Below are positions 8,344 to 16,805 of a DNA stretch of 64,000 nucleotides, piece by piece. Both the position numbers and the translations under genes were made by a program. Positions within the stretch are counted from its first letter, which is position 1, and the number at the start of each line of letters is the position of its first letter. The notes below the pieces were generated by a model. It had not been told where the DNA came from, did not search any database, and worked only from the letters and a program-made list of their open reading frames with translations. Origin of the DNA: Dethiobacteria bacterium (GTDB lineage: Bacteria > Bacillota > Dethiobacteria > DTU022 > UBA8154). Where the stretch lies: the NCBI GenBank assembly GCA_050948825.1, contig JBMNEO010000009.1, positions 68,887 through 132,886 on the forward strand, given 5' to 3'.

Positions 8344-9948
8344 TTAATTAAATTTTTTACCGGCCTCTTTTAACAGATCTATATATACCAGCAGTTCTTC
8401 CCTGGAAGAGACCATAAGCTTAGCGTATATGCGTTTGGTATGCGTTTTGATCGTGTTTATACTGAGGCATAATATTCCCGCGATCTCTTTAGCATTATAT
8501 TGCTGTGCATAGAGATTGAATACGTTACGCTCAGCAGGCGAAAGGGTACGCACCTTATTTAGGAATTCATTAAGAAGCGCAGGAGATTCGCCTGTCTGGT
8601 TTGTTTTTTTCAACTCTTCGTTTTTCCTGGTAAGGTGCTCGATCAGATCATCTATTTCGGGAATATTAGTTTTAGGCGCTTCGGCAAGATTATCTAATTT
8701 AATTATATCCAGTCCGGCTGAAATCGGCTTAATATAGCGCCTGCTCAAAATAAAAGAGATAAAGACCCCCGAAACCAATAGAAAAATAAACATCTTTGTT
8801 AAATGTAAATGAAAACCGGTAACGGAATACTCAATATCTTCAGCAGGGACCAGCAGCGCAACCACCCATTCCCTGTCCGAAAAAACGGAACCCTCTGGAT
8901 AAAGCCTCACCGGAAGGTGAAATCCCATGAAAGGGAAACCGCTTGCCCCGCTATACCGGAAAAGGGAATGATCATCTTCTTCAATGAGGAACAATTGCTT
9001 ATCCAGGAAAATATTTCGTGCAGAATAACCACCCGCAAACATTGCTCCGGAAGTATCAAAAACATTCCCGGAAAACGGCGCTAGCATACAAAACATACGG
9101 GAACAAGTATCATTGTTAGGCATGTGCGTTAGTTTAAAGAGCATGGAACTAACTTCAAAACCGCATACCCCGAACACGTTCCCATCGGAATCAAGCAGTG
9201 GAACGGAGCAAAGCATGGATTCTTCGCTTGTTCCCGGCAGAATAGTTGAAAGGCTCCAGTAATAGAGCCGTGACAGCGGGAGCTTCTTTCCGGCCGCCTG
9301 CTCCTTGGGAAGCCAAAAGTATGGCGCATCACTGACATCAAACTCCATCTTCCATTGGGCGTGCAGGGGCACCGCAAAATTGCGGCCAATACCCGGGAAA
9401 CCCCGCAACAGAGTAATAGTGGGAGAAGTAGAGCTTAAAATATTAGGCTCCATATTCTTTAAAAAAAGACCCGCCCTGGATTTATCAGCGGTCTCCAGCA
9501 TTGGATTAACAGTTACGTCTAAAATAACAAAAACTCCACTGCTATTGGCTTTTTGTAACGAAAATAGAGCACGCTCATACTCCCCGGCCAGCAATTCTTC
9601 CAGAATACCGGGGTTATTTTGAAGTTCAGATACCTTAAGCCCCTCGTCCAGCAACTTTCTTTCTATGCTTGACGCGAGGTCCCTGGAAAATTCTACCGCC
9701 TGCACCGAAAGCCGGCCATATTTTTCTGAAATACTCCAATGGGCGTGGTTAAGTTCATTTCTAACCAGTTCTTCATACGTTTTTAGTCTTGTTCCAAAGG
9801 TGCCTGTAACAGCAAAAATAATTACAATTCCAAGCACCATAATAAAAACCAGTACTACCAGGAAAAGAAAGAGCCTCAGGGGCATTGAGAGTTCTAATGC
9901 CCTCGCTTTTTTGACTTTCTGAAATTTTTTGTAAGGAATTTCCGGCAA
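8344..9948 (-). CDS. membrane-anchored LuxR-family transcriptional regulator with a large extracytoplasmic sensor domain
   Basis: TM1 (LFLFLVVLVFIMVLGIVIIFAV), a ~330-aa extracytoplasmic region, TM2 (MFIFLLVSGVFISFIL), then the C-terminal LuxR HTH (LSPAERNVFNLYAQQYNAKEIAGILCLSINTIKTHTKRIYAKL). The start codon is uncertain (TTG 9948 or later). Confidence 0.75.
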   Translation of the reverse strand: MPEIPYKKFQKVKKARALELSMPLRLFLFLVVLVFIMVLGIVIIFAVTGTFGTRLKTYEELVRNELNHAHWSISEKYGRLSVQAVEFSRDLASSIERKLLDEGLKVSELQNNPGILEELLAGEYERALFSLQKANSSGVFVILDVTVNPMLETADKSRAGLFLKNMEPNILSSTSPTITLLRGFPGIGRNFAVPLHAQWKMEFDVSDAPYFWLPKEQAAGKKLPLSRLYYWSLSTILPGTSEESMLCSVPLLDSDGNVFGVCGFEVSSMLFKLTHMPNNDTCSRMFCMLAPFSGNVFDTSGAMFAGGYSARNIFLDKQLFLIEEDDHSLFRYSGASGFPFMGFHLPVRLYPEGSVFSDREWVVALLVPAEDIEYSVTGFHLHLTKMFIFLLVSGVFISFILSRRYIKPISAGLDIIKLDNLAEAPKTNIPEIDDLIEHLTRKNEELKKTNQTGESPALLNEFLNKVRTLSPAERNVFNLYAQQYNAKEIAGILCLSINTIKTHTKRIYAKLMVSSREELLVYIDLLKEAGKKFN

Positions 9949-10085
9949 GGTTTCTCACCCATTCAGGATTTGACGATTAACTGTGCTTAATATCTCTTGG
10001 GCATAAGATTAAGACCTGGTCAGCGCTGTTTAAAGTGGTCAGCGGTCAAAACCTATCCCTATCCTGGCTCTTCCTGCTCCCTGAG

Positions 10086-11486
10086 TTATCCCGCCTCATT
10101 CTGTTCCAGAAAAATTTTTCTGGCTTCGTCAGGCGTGTACTTAATCTCGTCATAAGCCGCATTAGCTTCCATATATTCCAAAAGCTCCAGATATTTCTTT
10201 CTTGAAGCCGAGGCTGTTTTTTTCATTCTATCCTCATAACCGTTCTGGAGCCTGTCATAGTCATCAAAGAGAGGAGGTATATAAAAATCATATTCCTGCT
10301 GCATTTCCATTACCGCTCTGAAAAGCTCCGCAATACTTTTGTCGGGAATATTTTTGATTTCTTTGGCCATCATTTCACCAAAGGCCGCTTGAGTTACCGG
10401 AAGATATCCGGTGGAGGATACAAAGCGCAAGTTTTTTTCCGGTTCGGTAAACCATTTGAGAAAGACTCCTGCCGCGTATTCCTTCTCCCTGTTCGATTTT
10501 AGAATGCACATGCCGCTTCCACGCTGTATGGCTAATTTTTTACCCCCTTCAAAAACCGGATACGGCAGTATGGCATACTCTACCGGTTCCGTGATGTTGT
10601 TTTCATAGGTAACTGCAGGCGGATAGAACAATACCCCGGCAGTAGAGCCCAATGCACATACAATATCACCTGTTTTGGCAAGGTCTGATGAATAGCCGTC
10701 AAAAACAGCAATATGACCATATACTGCCGGACGGTAAAAATAATCCCACAATTTGTTAAATAAAGGAGAAGATAGGTTTAGAAGGTTGTCTTTTAGAAAA
10801 TCATCCCCCAGTTGCTGGTAGCCGATTAAGAAAAGGTTGAAAAGCGAATCAGGCATAAAAAACATTTTACCGTCGTTTTTTATGCCGGGTGTTTGATTGT
10901 CGCTCCATTCATAATAGGCAGACGCTGCCTCAAGAATCCCCTCGAAGGTTCGCAGGTCCTCAAATCTCATATCAGTGTCACTGGCAAACCGGTTAAAAAT
11001 TGTTTTATTTACGAATAATACCTCCGTTGATTTGGCTGTCGGGAAAACATAGAGCTTGTCGTCTGTTAATCTACCTTCTTCTAAAAAACGGGGGACATAG
11101 GCTGCCAGCTCTTCATCCGTAAACTGCTCTCCAATATCGGCCAGCAAACCCTTGTTTGCAAGTATAAGCGCTGTTTTCGGATAAGCCGTGGTAATATCCG
11201 GCAGATCCGGTGCACCCGGATCCTGATTAGCCGCCATTGTCAGCTTTTCATGCAGAGCGGCTGAGCTCGAGATAGAGGTAACGCTGAGGATTATCCCATT
11301 TTCCGCACCGACGGTCTCGTTGAATTCATCAATCATTTCATCCATAGTGTTTTTCATCTGACCGCCGTAATTGTGCCAGATAGTCAGGATAACAGGCTTT
11401 CTGGGATCAAGCGTCCTGCCGGCCTGGCAGCCGCAAATCAAAACCAAGGATGCAGATAATGCAAAAAGCATGATGAATTTTTTCAT
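10086..11486 (-). CDS. extracellular solute-binding lipoprotein (ABC-type SBP, family 1-like), orphan
   Basis: Lipoprotein signal peptide (LVLICGC). Its length and composition fit a sugar-type SBP. No permease or ATPase genes are adjacent. Confidence 0.75.
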   Translation of the reverse strand: MKKFIMLFALSASLVLICGCQAGRTLDPRKPVILTIWHNYGGQMKNTMDEMIDEFNETVGAENGIILSVTSISSSAALHEKLTMAANQDPGAPDLPDITTAYPKTALILANKGLLADIGEQFTDEELAAYVPRFLEEGRLTDDKLYVFPTAKSTEVLFVNKTIFNRFASDTDMRFEDLRTFEGILEAASAYYEWSDNQTPGIKNDGKMFFMPDSLFNLFLIGYQQLGDDFLKDNLLNLSSPLFNKLWDYFYRPAVYGHIAVFDGYSSDLAKTGDIVCALGSTAGVLFYPPAVTYENNITEPVEYAILPYPVFEGGKKLAIQRGSGMCILKSNREKEYAAGVFLKWFTEPEKNLRFVSSTGYLPVTQAAFGEMMAKEIKNIPDKSIAELFRAVMEMQQEYDFYIPPLFDDYDRLQNGYEDRMKKTASASRKKYLELLEYMEANAAYDEIKYTPDEARKIFLEQNEAG

Positions 11487-11521
11487 AGATAACCACGTAT
11501 CCTTTTATTAACCGATTAGGC

Positions 11522-11548
11522 ATATGTTAACTCAGGTATATGTTAACT
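11522..11548. promoter_or_regulatory. direct repeat ATATGTTAACT x2 (16-nt period) upstream of the SBP gene, a candidate operator
   Basis: Copies at 11522-11532 and 11538-11548, each containing the palindrome GTTAAC. They lie 36-62 nt upstream of the SBP start codon. Confidence 0.3.
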
Positions 11549-11609
11549 AATAAAAGGAAAACAGTCAATAAACAAAAATTAATATTTACCAGTTTTACCA
11601 TCGAGTAGA

Positions 11610-11634
11610 AGCCCGGCTGAAAGCCAGCCGGGCT
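11610..11634 (-). terminator. GC-rich hairpin downstream of metF
   Basis: AGCCCGGCTG / CAGCCGGGCT form a 10-bp stem with a 5-nt loop, 48 nt after the metF stop. The U-tract is poor on the minus strand and better on the plus strand. Confidence 0.55.
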
Positions 11635-11681
11635 ATATTATTGCGGATTACGCACTTAACAATGTATTACATTTGCTCATA

Positions 11682-12566
11682 TTAGAAACCTGCGGCCGCC
11701 AGGATATCCGGAACAACTTCCTCCCTGTTTATTGCCATGATATGGACACCATCACATAGCGATTCTTTCTTAATGGCAGCAATCGTGCGCCCAGCGATTT
11801 CGATGCCTTTTTTGAGCGCCCCGCCTTTTGGTGCCTTGGCCAGCTCGTCGATCAGGTTCTGCGGTACAAATATTCCCGGAACATTCTCAGTCATGAATTT
11901 AGCCATCCTGGCAGATGAGAGCAGGACAATCCCTGCCAGGATCTTTACCGGAAATTGGCGGGCATATTCCATAAATTTGGCAAACCTCTCCAGATCATAT
12001 ATTGCCTGGGTCTGAAAATACTCTGCTCCTGCATCCACCTTCTTTTCAAACTTAATTAGTTGGGGCTCAAGCGGATCGGCTTCAGGGGTAACTGTTGCCC
12101 CGGCACAAAACTGGACAGCACCCGAAAGTTTGTTTCCCCCGAGATCAGTCCCGGCCTCCAGCTGCCGGACCAAATTGAGCAGCTGAACAGAATCCAGGTC
12201 AAAAACGCCCTTGGCCGCCCCATGATCACCAACAGGAACGGCATCACCTGTAAGGCACAGGACATTCCTGACACCTCTGCTGTATGCCAGGAGCAGATCG
12301 GCCTGCAGAGCGATACGGTTGCGATCGCGGCAGGTCATCTGTAAAATGGCTTCACCATTCATCTCCATAATTGACTGGCAGCCTCCAATAGATGGGAAAC
12401 GCATGACCGAGCTCTGATGATCGGTTACATTTAAAGCATCAACCTTATCTTTCAGCAACGCAATGTGATGGTTCATCTGCTCAATATTAGTCCCCTTGGG
12501 CGGGCCTATTTCGCTGGTGACTACAAATTTACCGTTTTCGAGCGCCTGTTTAAACTTAGAGACCAT
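11682..12566 (-). CDS. metF: methylenetetrahydrofolate reductase, acetogen-type MetF
   Basis: 294 aa. N-terminus LENGKFVVTSEIGPPKG, with TCRDRN and LCLTGD motifs typical of MTHFR. RBS GGGAGGGAAAAAGG. Confidence 0.85.
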   Translation of the reverse strand: MVSKFKQALENGKFVVTSEIGPPKGTNIEQMNHHIALLKDKVDALNVTDHQSSVMRFPSIGGCQSIMEMNGEAILQMTCRDRNRIALQADLLLAYSRGVRNVLCLTGDAVPVGDHGAAKGVFDLDSVQLLNLVRQLEAGTDLGGNKLSGAVQFCAGATVTPEADPLEPQLIKFEKKVDAGAEYFQTQAIYDLERFAKFMEYARQFPVKILAGIVLLSSARMAKFMTENVPGIFVPQNLIDELAKAPKGGALKKGIEIAGRTIAAIKKESLCDGVHIMAINREEVVPDILAAAGF

Positions 12567-12598
12567 CCTTTTTCCCTCCCTGTTCTGTAATAACCCTT

Positions 12599-13243
12599 TT
12601 ATAATAAACTGGTCATCCTGGGCCGTGGTATAACCTGGTAGTTCTTTGGGGGGTGATATTTGCGCATCAAATCCAGCCGACCCTGTTCTTTTAATCTTTC
12701 ATATATAAGCGTAAATGCACAATCTTTTTCTTTATCTACCTCGCATTTACCTTTGTTCGTACCGCCACAGGGCCCATTTAATAAACCTTTGTGGCAGGCT
12801 GTCAGCGGGCAGATTCCTGCTGTTTCCCCCAGAATACACTGGCCGCATTGGGCACAGGCCTCGATAAAATGTCCCGGGCTTTTTTCCATACCGATAAAAA
12901 GGGTATCCAGAGCCGGGATAACCGGCTTGACTAAATAAGAGTTGACCCGCTGCACGCCCAGCGCGCAGGCCATAACGATAATACACTGCGCATCCTGAAT
13001 GGCTCTTGCATTTTCATTGATAACCTCCGCAGTCATCTCGTCACAAGCAGTGGGTATTACTATCCAACCTGTAACCAGCTTGCCCTCACCCTGCAAGCTC
13101 TCTTTCATCGCCTGAACCTCTTCTATCCCCCCGGTTTTAGCCATAGTTGCACAGGTACCACAGCCAATGAGAAAAATGCGATTAAAATCCTCACTCAATT
13201 GTTTCACTTCATCATAGGGCTTCTGCCTGGTTATCGATTTCAT
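12599..13243 (-). CDS. metV: MetV (methylene-THF reductase C-terminal-domain protein, Cys-rich)
   Basis: 214 aa with Cys clusters GCGTCATMAKTGG and CAQCGQCILGETAGICPLTACHKGLLNGPCGG..GKCEV. It sits immediately upstream of metF. RBS AAGGAGG. Confidence 0.75.
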   Translation of the reverse strand: MKSITRQKPYDEVKQLSEDFNRIFLIGCGTCATMAKTGGIEEVQAMKESLQGEGKLVTGWIVIPTACDEMTAEVINENARAIQDAQCIIVMACALGVQRVNSYLVKPVIPALDTLFIGMEKSPGHFIEACAQCGQCILGETAGICPLTACHKGLLNGPCGGTNKGKCEVDKEKDCAFTLIYERLKEQGRLDLMRKYHPPKNYQVIPRPRMTSLL

Positions 13244-13254
13244 CGTAAACCTCC

Positions 13255-16200
13255 TTACTTTTCTAAATCACAGCGCAGGCACCGGCCGGCCTCCTGAATG
13301 GCCCGCTCTTCCTCAAGACACAGCTCTGTTTCTTTAAAACTATATTTCCTCTCTTCAAACGGGAGCCGTGGTATTTCCGGCCTGAATTGAGGCTCCCAGT
13401 TATCCTCTTCCCCTGTGCCAATGGGACTCTCTTCTTCAATAACGTCGGGCTTAAGGTCATACATTTCAACCCGGGAAGGATCGCCTTTCAGGAATTTATC
13501 GATCGCCAGCGCCCCCCTTCTACCGGCGGCAACAGCCTCTATCACCATATCCGGCCCAAAAACGAAGTCCCCCCCGGCGAATACTCCGGGCACATTGGAA
13601 GCAAGGCTGTTTTTGTCGACAACCAGTGTTTCCCATCTGGTGCGCTCCAATGCACTGTGCGGGGGCAAGAACGACAGATCCGGCGCCTGGCCCACAGCGG
13701 CAAAGACCGTATCGGCCTCAACAAAGAATTCCGAACCGGGAATGGGGAGAGGGCGACGGCGTCCATCAGCGCCCGGTTCACCTAGCTGCATCTGCGTGCA
13801 TTGCAAACCTGCTACTTTCCAGTTATCACTTACAATTCTGGTTGGAGCTGCCAGGAATTGCATTTTTACCCCTTCAGCCAGGGCTTCATCGTATTCCGCG
13901 TCGGATACGGGCATCTCTTCCCGGGAACGGCGGTACAATATGGTTACCTCCTCAGCACCTAGCCTCAATGCGGTACGGGCAGTATCCAGGGCAACATTGC
14001 CGCCGCCAATCACGGCTACGCGCCGCCCTATAGCAAACTGCTTCCCGACTTTTATATCCCTTAAGAACCGCAGCCCATAATAAAAGCCCTCAAGGTCTTC
14101 CAGCTCTCCCGGGATACCGATACGCTGACTTTTTTGAGCACCTGCAGCGATAAAAACAGCCTCATAACCGTCCTTTTTTAGGTCGTCGATCGTGAAGTTG
14201 ATATTAATGGGGGTATTGTATTTAATTTCTACCCCGCGCCTGCTAATATATTCTACTTCTTTATTGATTACCTCCTGCGGCAGGCGGAAGTCCGGAATGG
14301 CAACTGAGAGCATGCCTCCGCCAACGGGAAGAGCCTCAAACACAGTAACCGGATAACCCATTTGAGCAAGAAAATATGCACAGGTAAGCCCGCAGGGTCC
14401 GGCTCCGATAACCGCTACCTTTTGGTGATAAAGAACATTAAAAGGTTCCGGTGGAGGCAGCTGCTCGATATTGTCGAAGTACCAGTCAGCGGCAAAGCGC
14501 TTCAGCGCCTTAATCGCTACCGGATCGTCGAGTTCCCCGCGGCGGCATCTGTTCTCACAAGGGTGATGGCAAATCCGGCCGCAGATGGCGGGAAACGGAT
14601 TGCGCTCCCGAACCGTTTCCACAGCTTCCAGGTATTCACCGGCACCAATATGCGCCACATATTTGGGAATATTCACACCAACCGGGCATGTGTGTTGACA
14701 TGGGGAAACCATCAGGGTATCACATACTGCTGCAGGACATTTCTTTTCCTCTATATGTGCCTTATACTCATCTTCAAAATATTTGAGCGTGGTCAGCACC
14801 GGATTGGGACAGGTCTGCCCCAGCCCGCAAAGGGAGGTTTCCTTCACTGTTTTTGCTATTTGCTTCAAAGTATCCAGATCCCCATCTCGTCCTTTCCCCT
14901 GGGTAATTCTGGTCAGTATTTCCAGCATCTGCCTGGTGCCAAGGCGGCAAGGAATGCATTTTCCACAGGATTCCGACTGGGTAAAACTGATGAAGTACCT
15001 GGCAATTTCCACCATGCAAGTGGCATCATCCATAACAACCATACCGCCTGAACCCATGATTGACCCCAGTTGGGAAAGGGTTTCATAGCCAACGGGTGTA
15101 TCAATAAGGCGGGCAGGGATGCAGCCGCCTGATGGGCCGCCTGTTTGCACCGCTTTGAACTCTTTCCCGCGGAGTATACCCCCGCCTATATCATTTATAA
15201 TGGTGGATAACGGCGTTCCCATGGGGACCTCCACCAATCCGCTGTTATTGACTTTACCGGTGAGGGCAAAAACTGCCGTACCTTTGCTTCTTTCTGTACC
15301 CAGGCCGGCAAACCAGTCCGCTCCGCGCCCTAGAATAGCTGCAACAGATGCAAGGGTCTTGACATTATTGATGATCGACGGTTTGCCGTCCAGGCCGGAC
15401 TGTGCCGGAAAAGGAGGACGGGGACGGGGCATCCCCCTGCGGCTTTCAATGGAAGCTATTAGTGCTGTTTCCTCACCACAAACGAAAGACCCGGCACCTT
15501 CCTTCACCTTGATTTTAAAATTAAAATTCGTATTGAGGATATCGTTACCTAAAAATCCTTTTGCCTGTGCCTGCTCCAGGGCTACACGGATGCGTTTAAC
15601 CGCCAGGGGGTATTCGGCACGGACATAAATATAGCCTTCGTCCGCCCCGATCGCATAGCCGGCGATGGCCAGGCCTTCGACCACGGCGTGCGGATCCGCC
15701 TCTAAGATAGAGCGATCCATGAAAGCGCCCGGATCACCTTCGTCTGCATTGCAGATAACGTATTTTTTCTCGCCGGGCGCACTGCGGCAGAATTCCCATT
15801 TGCGGGCAGTGGGAAAGCCGGCACCCCCGCGGCCGCGCAAGCCTGCTTTGGCTATTTCATCAATCACTTCTTGTGGTGTCAGCTCTAAAAGAGCCCTTTT
15901 TAATCCCTGATATCCGCCCCAGTCGATACTATCGTCAATTTTCTCCGGATTGATGTGGCCGCATCTATGGAGAATAATCCGTTGCTGCTGCCTGTAAAAA
16001 TTGACTTCAGCATAATGCGGGATTGCCTGACCGGTTACCGGATCGTGATAGAAAAGCCGCTCTACAGGTTTGCCGTCCCGCAGATGGGATTGAACAATTT
16101 CTGCAGCATCCTCCGTTTCTACCCTGTTATAGAAAATTCCTTCCGGCTCGACAATGACAATTGGTCCTTGCTCGCAAAAACCGTGACAGCCGGTAAAGTC

Positions 16201-16320
16201 CACTGTAACTCCGGCAAGCTCAAGTTTTGCCACTTCGGCCTTGAGCAGCTCATAGATTTCATGGGAGTTGCTGGCCTGACACCCTGTTCCCTGACAGATA
16301 AAAATTTTATGTTGACTCAT
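13255..16320 (-). CDS. fusion flavoprotein: HydB/NuoF-like NADH-FMN-FeS module plus GltD/NfnB-like FAD/NADPH oxidoreductase module
   Basis: N-terminal thioredoxin-like 2Fe-2S. NuoF motifs GLRGRGGAGFPTARKW and ESCGKCIPCRLG. A 2x[4Fe-4S] linker. Then the GltD-type part: FPAICGRICHHPCENRCRRG plus dinucleotide folds VAVIGAGPCG and VAVIGGGNVA. Start set at ATG 16320 after AAGGGGGAG. Confidence 0.85.
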   Translation of the reverse strand: MSQHKIFICQGTGCQASNSHEIYELLKAEVAKLELAGVTVDFTGCHGFCEQGPIVIVEPEGIFYNRVETEDAAEIVQSHLRDGKPVERLFYHDPVTGQAIPHYAEVNFYRQQQRIILHRCGHINPEKIDDSIDWGGYQGLKRALLELTPQEVIDEIAKAGLRGRGGAGFPTARKWEFCRSAPGEKKYVICNADEGDPGAFMDRSILEADPHAVVEGLAIAGYAIGADEGYIYVRAEYPLAVKRIRVALEQAQAKGFLGNDILNTNFNFKIKVKEGAGSFVCGEETALIASIESRRGMPRPRPPFPAQSGLDGKPSIINNVKTLASVAAILGRGADWFAGLGTERSKGTAVFALTGKVNNSGLVEVPMGTPLSTIINDIGGGILRGKEFKAVQTGGPSGGCIPARLIDTPVGYETLSQLGSIMGSGGMVVMDDATCMVEIARYFISFTQSESCGKCIPCRLGTRQMLEILTRITQGKGRDGDLDTLKQIAKTVKETSLCGLGQTCPNPVLTTLKYFEDEYKAHIEEKKCPAAVCDTLMVSPCQHTCPVGVNIPKYVAHIGAGEYLEAVETVRERNPFPAICGRICHHPCENRCRRGELDDPVAIKALKRFAADWYFDNIEQLPPPEPFNVLYHQKVAVIGAGPCGLTCAYFLAQMGYPVTVFEALPVGGGMLSVAIPDFRLPQEVINKEVEYISRRGVEIKYNTPININFTIDDLKKDGYEAVFIAAGAQKSQRIGIPGELEDLEGFYYGLRFLRDIKVGKQFAIGRRVAVIGGGNVALDTARTALRLGAEEVTILYRRSREEMPVSDAEYDEALAEGVKMQFLAAPTRIVSDNWKVAGLQCTQMQLGEPGADGRRRPLPIPGSEFFVEADTVFAAVGQAPDLSFLPPHSALERTRWETLVVDKNSLASNVPGVFAGGDFVFGPDMVIEAVAAGRRGALAIDKFLKGDPSRVEMYDLKPDVIEEESPIGTGEEDNWEPQFRPEIPRLPFEERKYSFKETELCLEEERAIQEAGRCLRCDLEK

Positions 16321-16801
16321 GTTGCTCCCCCTTTTGCTTAAATAGCCGCCCAATTTTTTTAGGGTTCATTCTGCCATGGACATGCTGATCAATAACCAAA
16401 CTGGGAGCCAGCGCACAAACGCCAAGACAGGCCACTGTCTCTAATGTGTATTCCAGATCATCTGTAGTCTCGCCTTCATCTACCCCCAGATGTTGTTTTA
16501 CCAGTTTGAGGACAGTTTTTCCACCCCGGACATGGCAGGCTGTCCCCCGGCAGACCCGCACCGTTTTCTTGCCGCGGGGTTCGGTGTACAACTGGGCATA
16601 AAAGGAGATTACCCCTTGCACTTCACTGGGAAATAGTTTCAGTTTGTCGGCGATAACCGGGATTGCCTGAGGAGGAATGTAACCGAGCTCGTTCTGGATT
16701 TTCTGCACCATCGGAATTAGAGACCATTGCTCATCGCTGTACTCCGCAACAATTTCATGCAAACGCGTCCAATCAACCTGCACTTCCTTTTCCTTATGCA
16801 T
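16307..16801 (-). CDS. NuoE/HydC-like [2Fe-2S] thioredoxin-like ferredoxin subunit
   Basis: 164 aa with motifs VCRGTACHVRG and ACLGVCALAP. The stop overlaps the downstream start by 14 nt. Confidence 0.85.
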   Translation of the reverse strand: MHKEKEVQVDWTRLHEIVAEYSDEQWSLIPMVQKIQNELGYIPPQAIPVIADKLKLFPSEVQGVISFYAQLYTEPRGKKTVRVCRGTACHVRGGKTVLKLVKQHLGVDEGETTDDLEYTLETVACLGVCALAPSLVIDQHVHGRMNPKKIGRLFKQKGEQHEST

Positions 16802-16805
16802 GGAT

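Noticed and set aside
13387-15910. Series of long plus-strand ORFs (up to 229 aa) opposite the NuoF::GltD gene, with similar ones opposite the FdhA-like gene
   Set aside because: They are Pro/Arg/Ser-rich antisense shadows of strongly motif-supported minus-strand genes. There are no RBSs.
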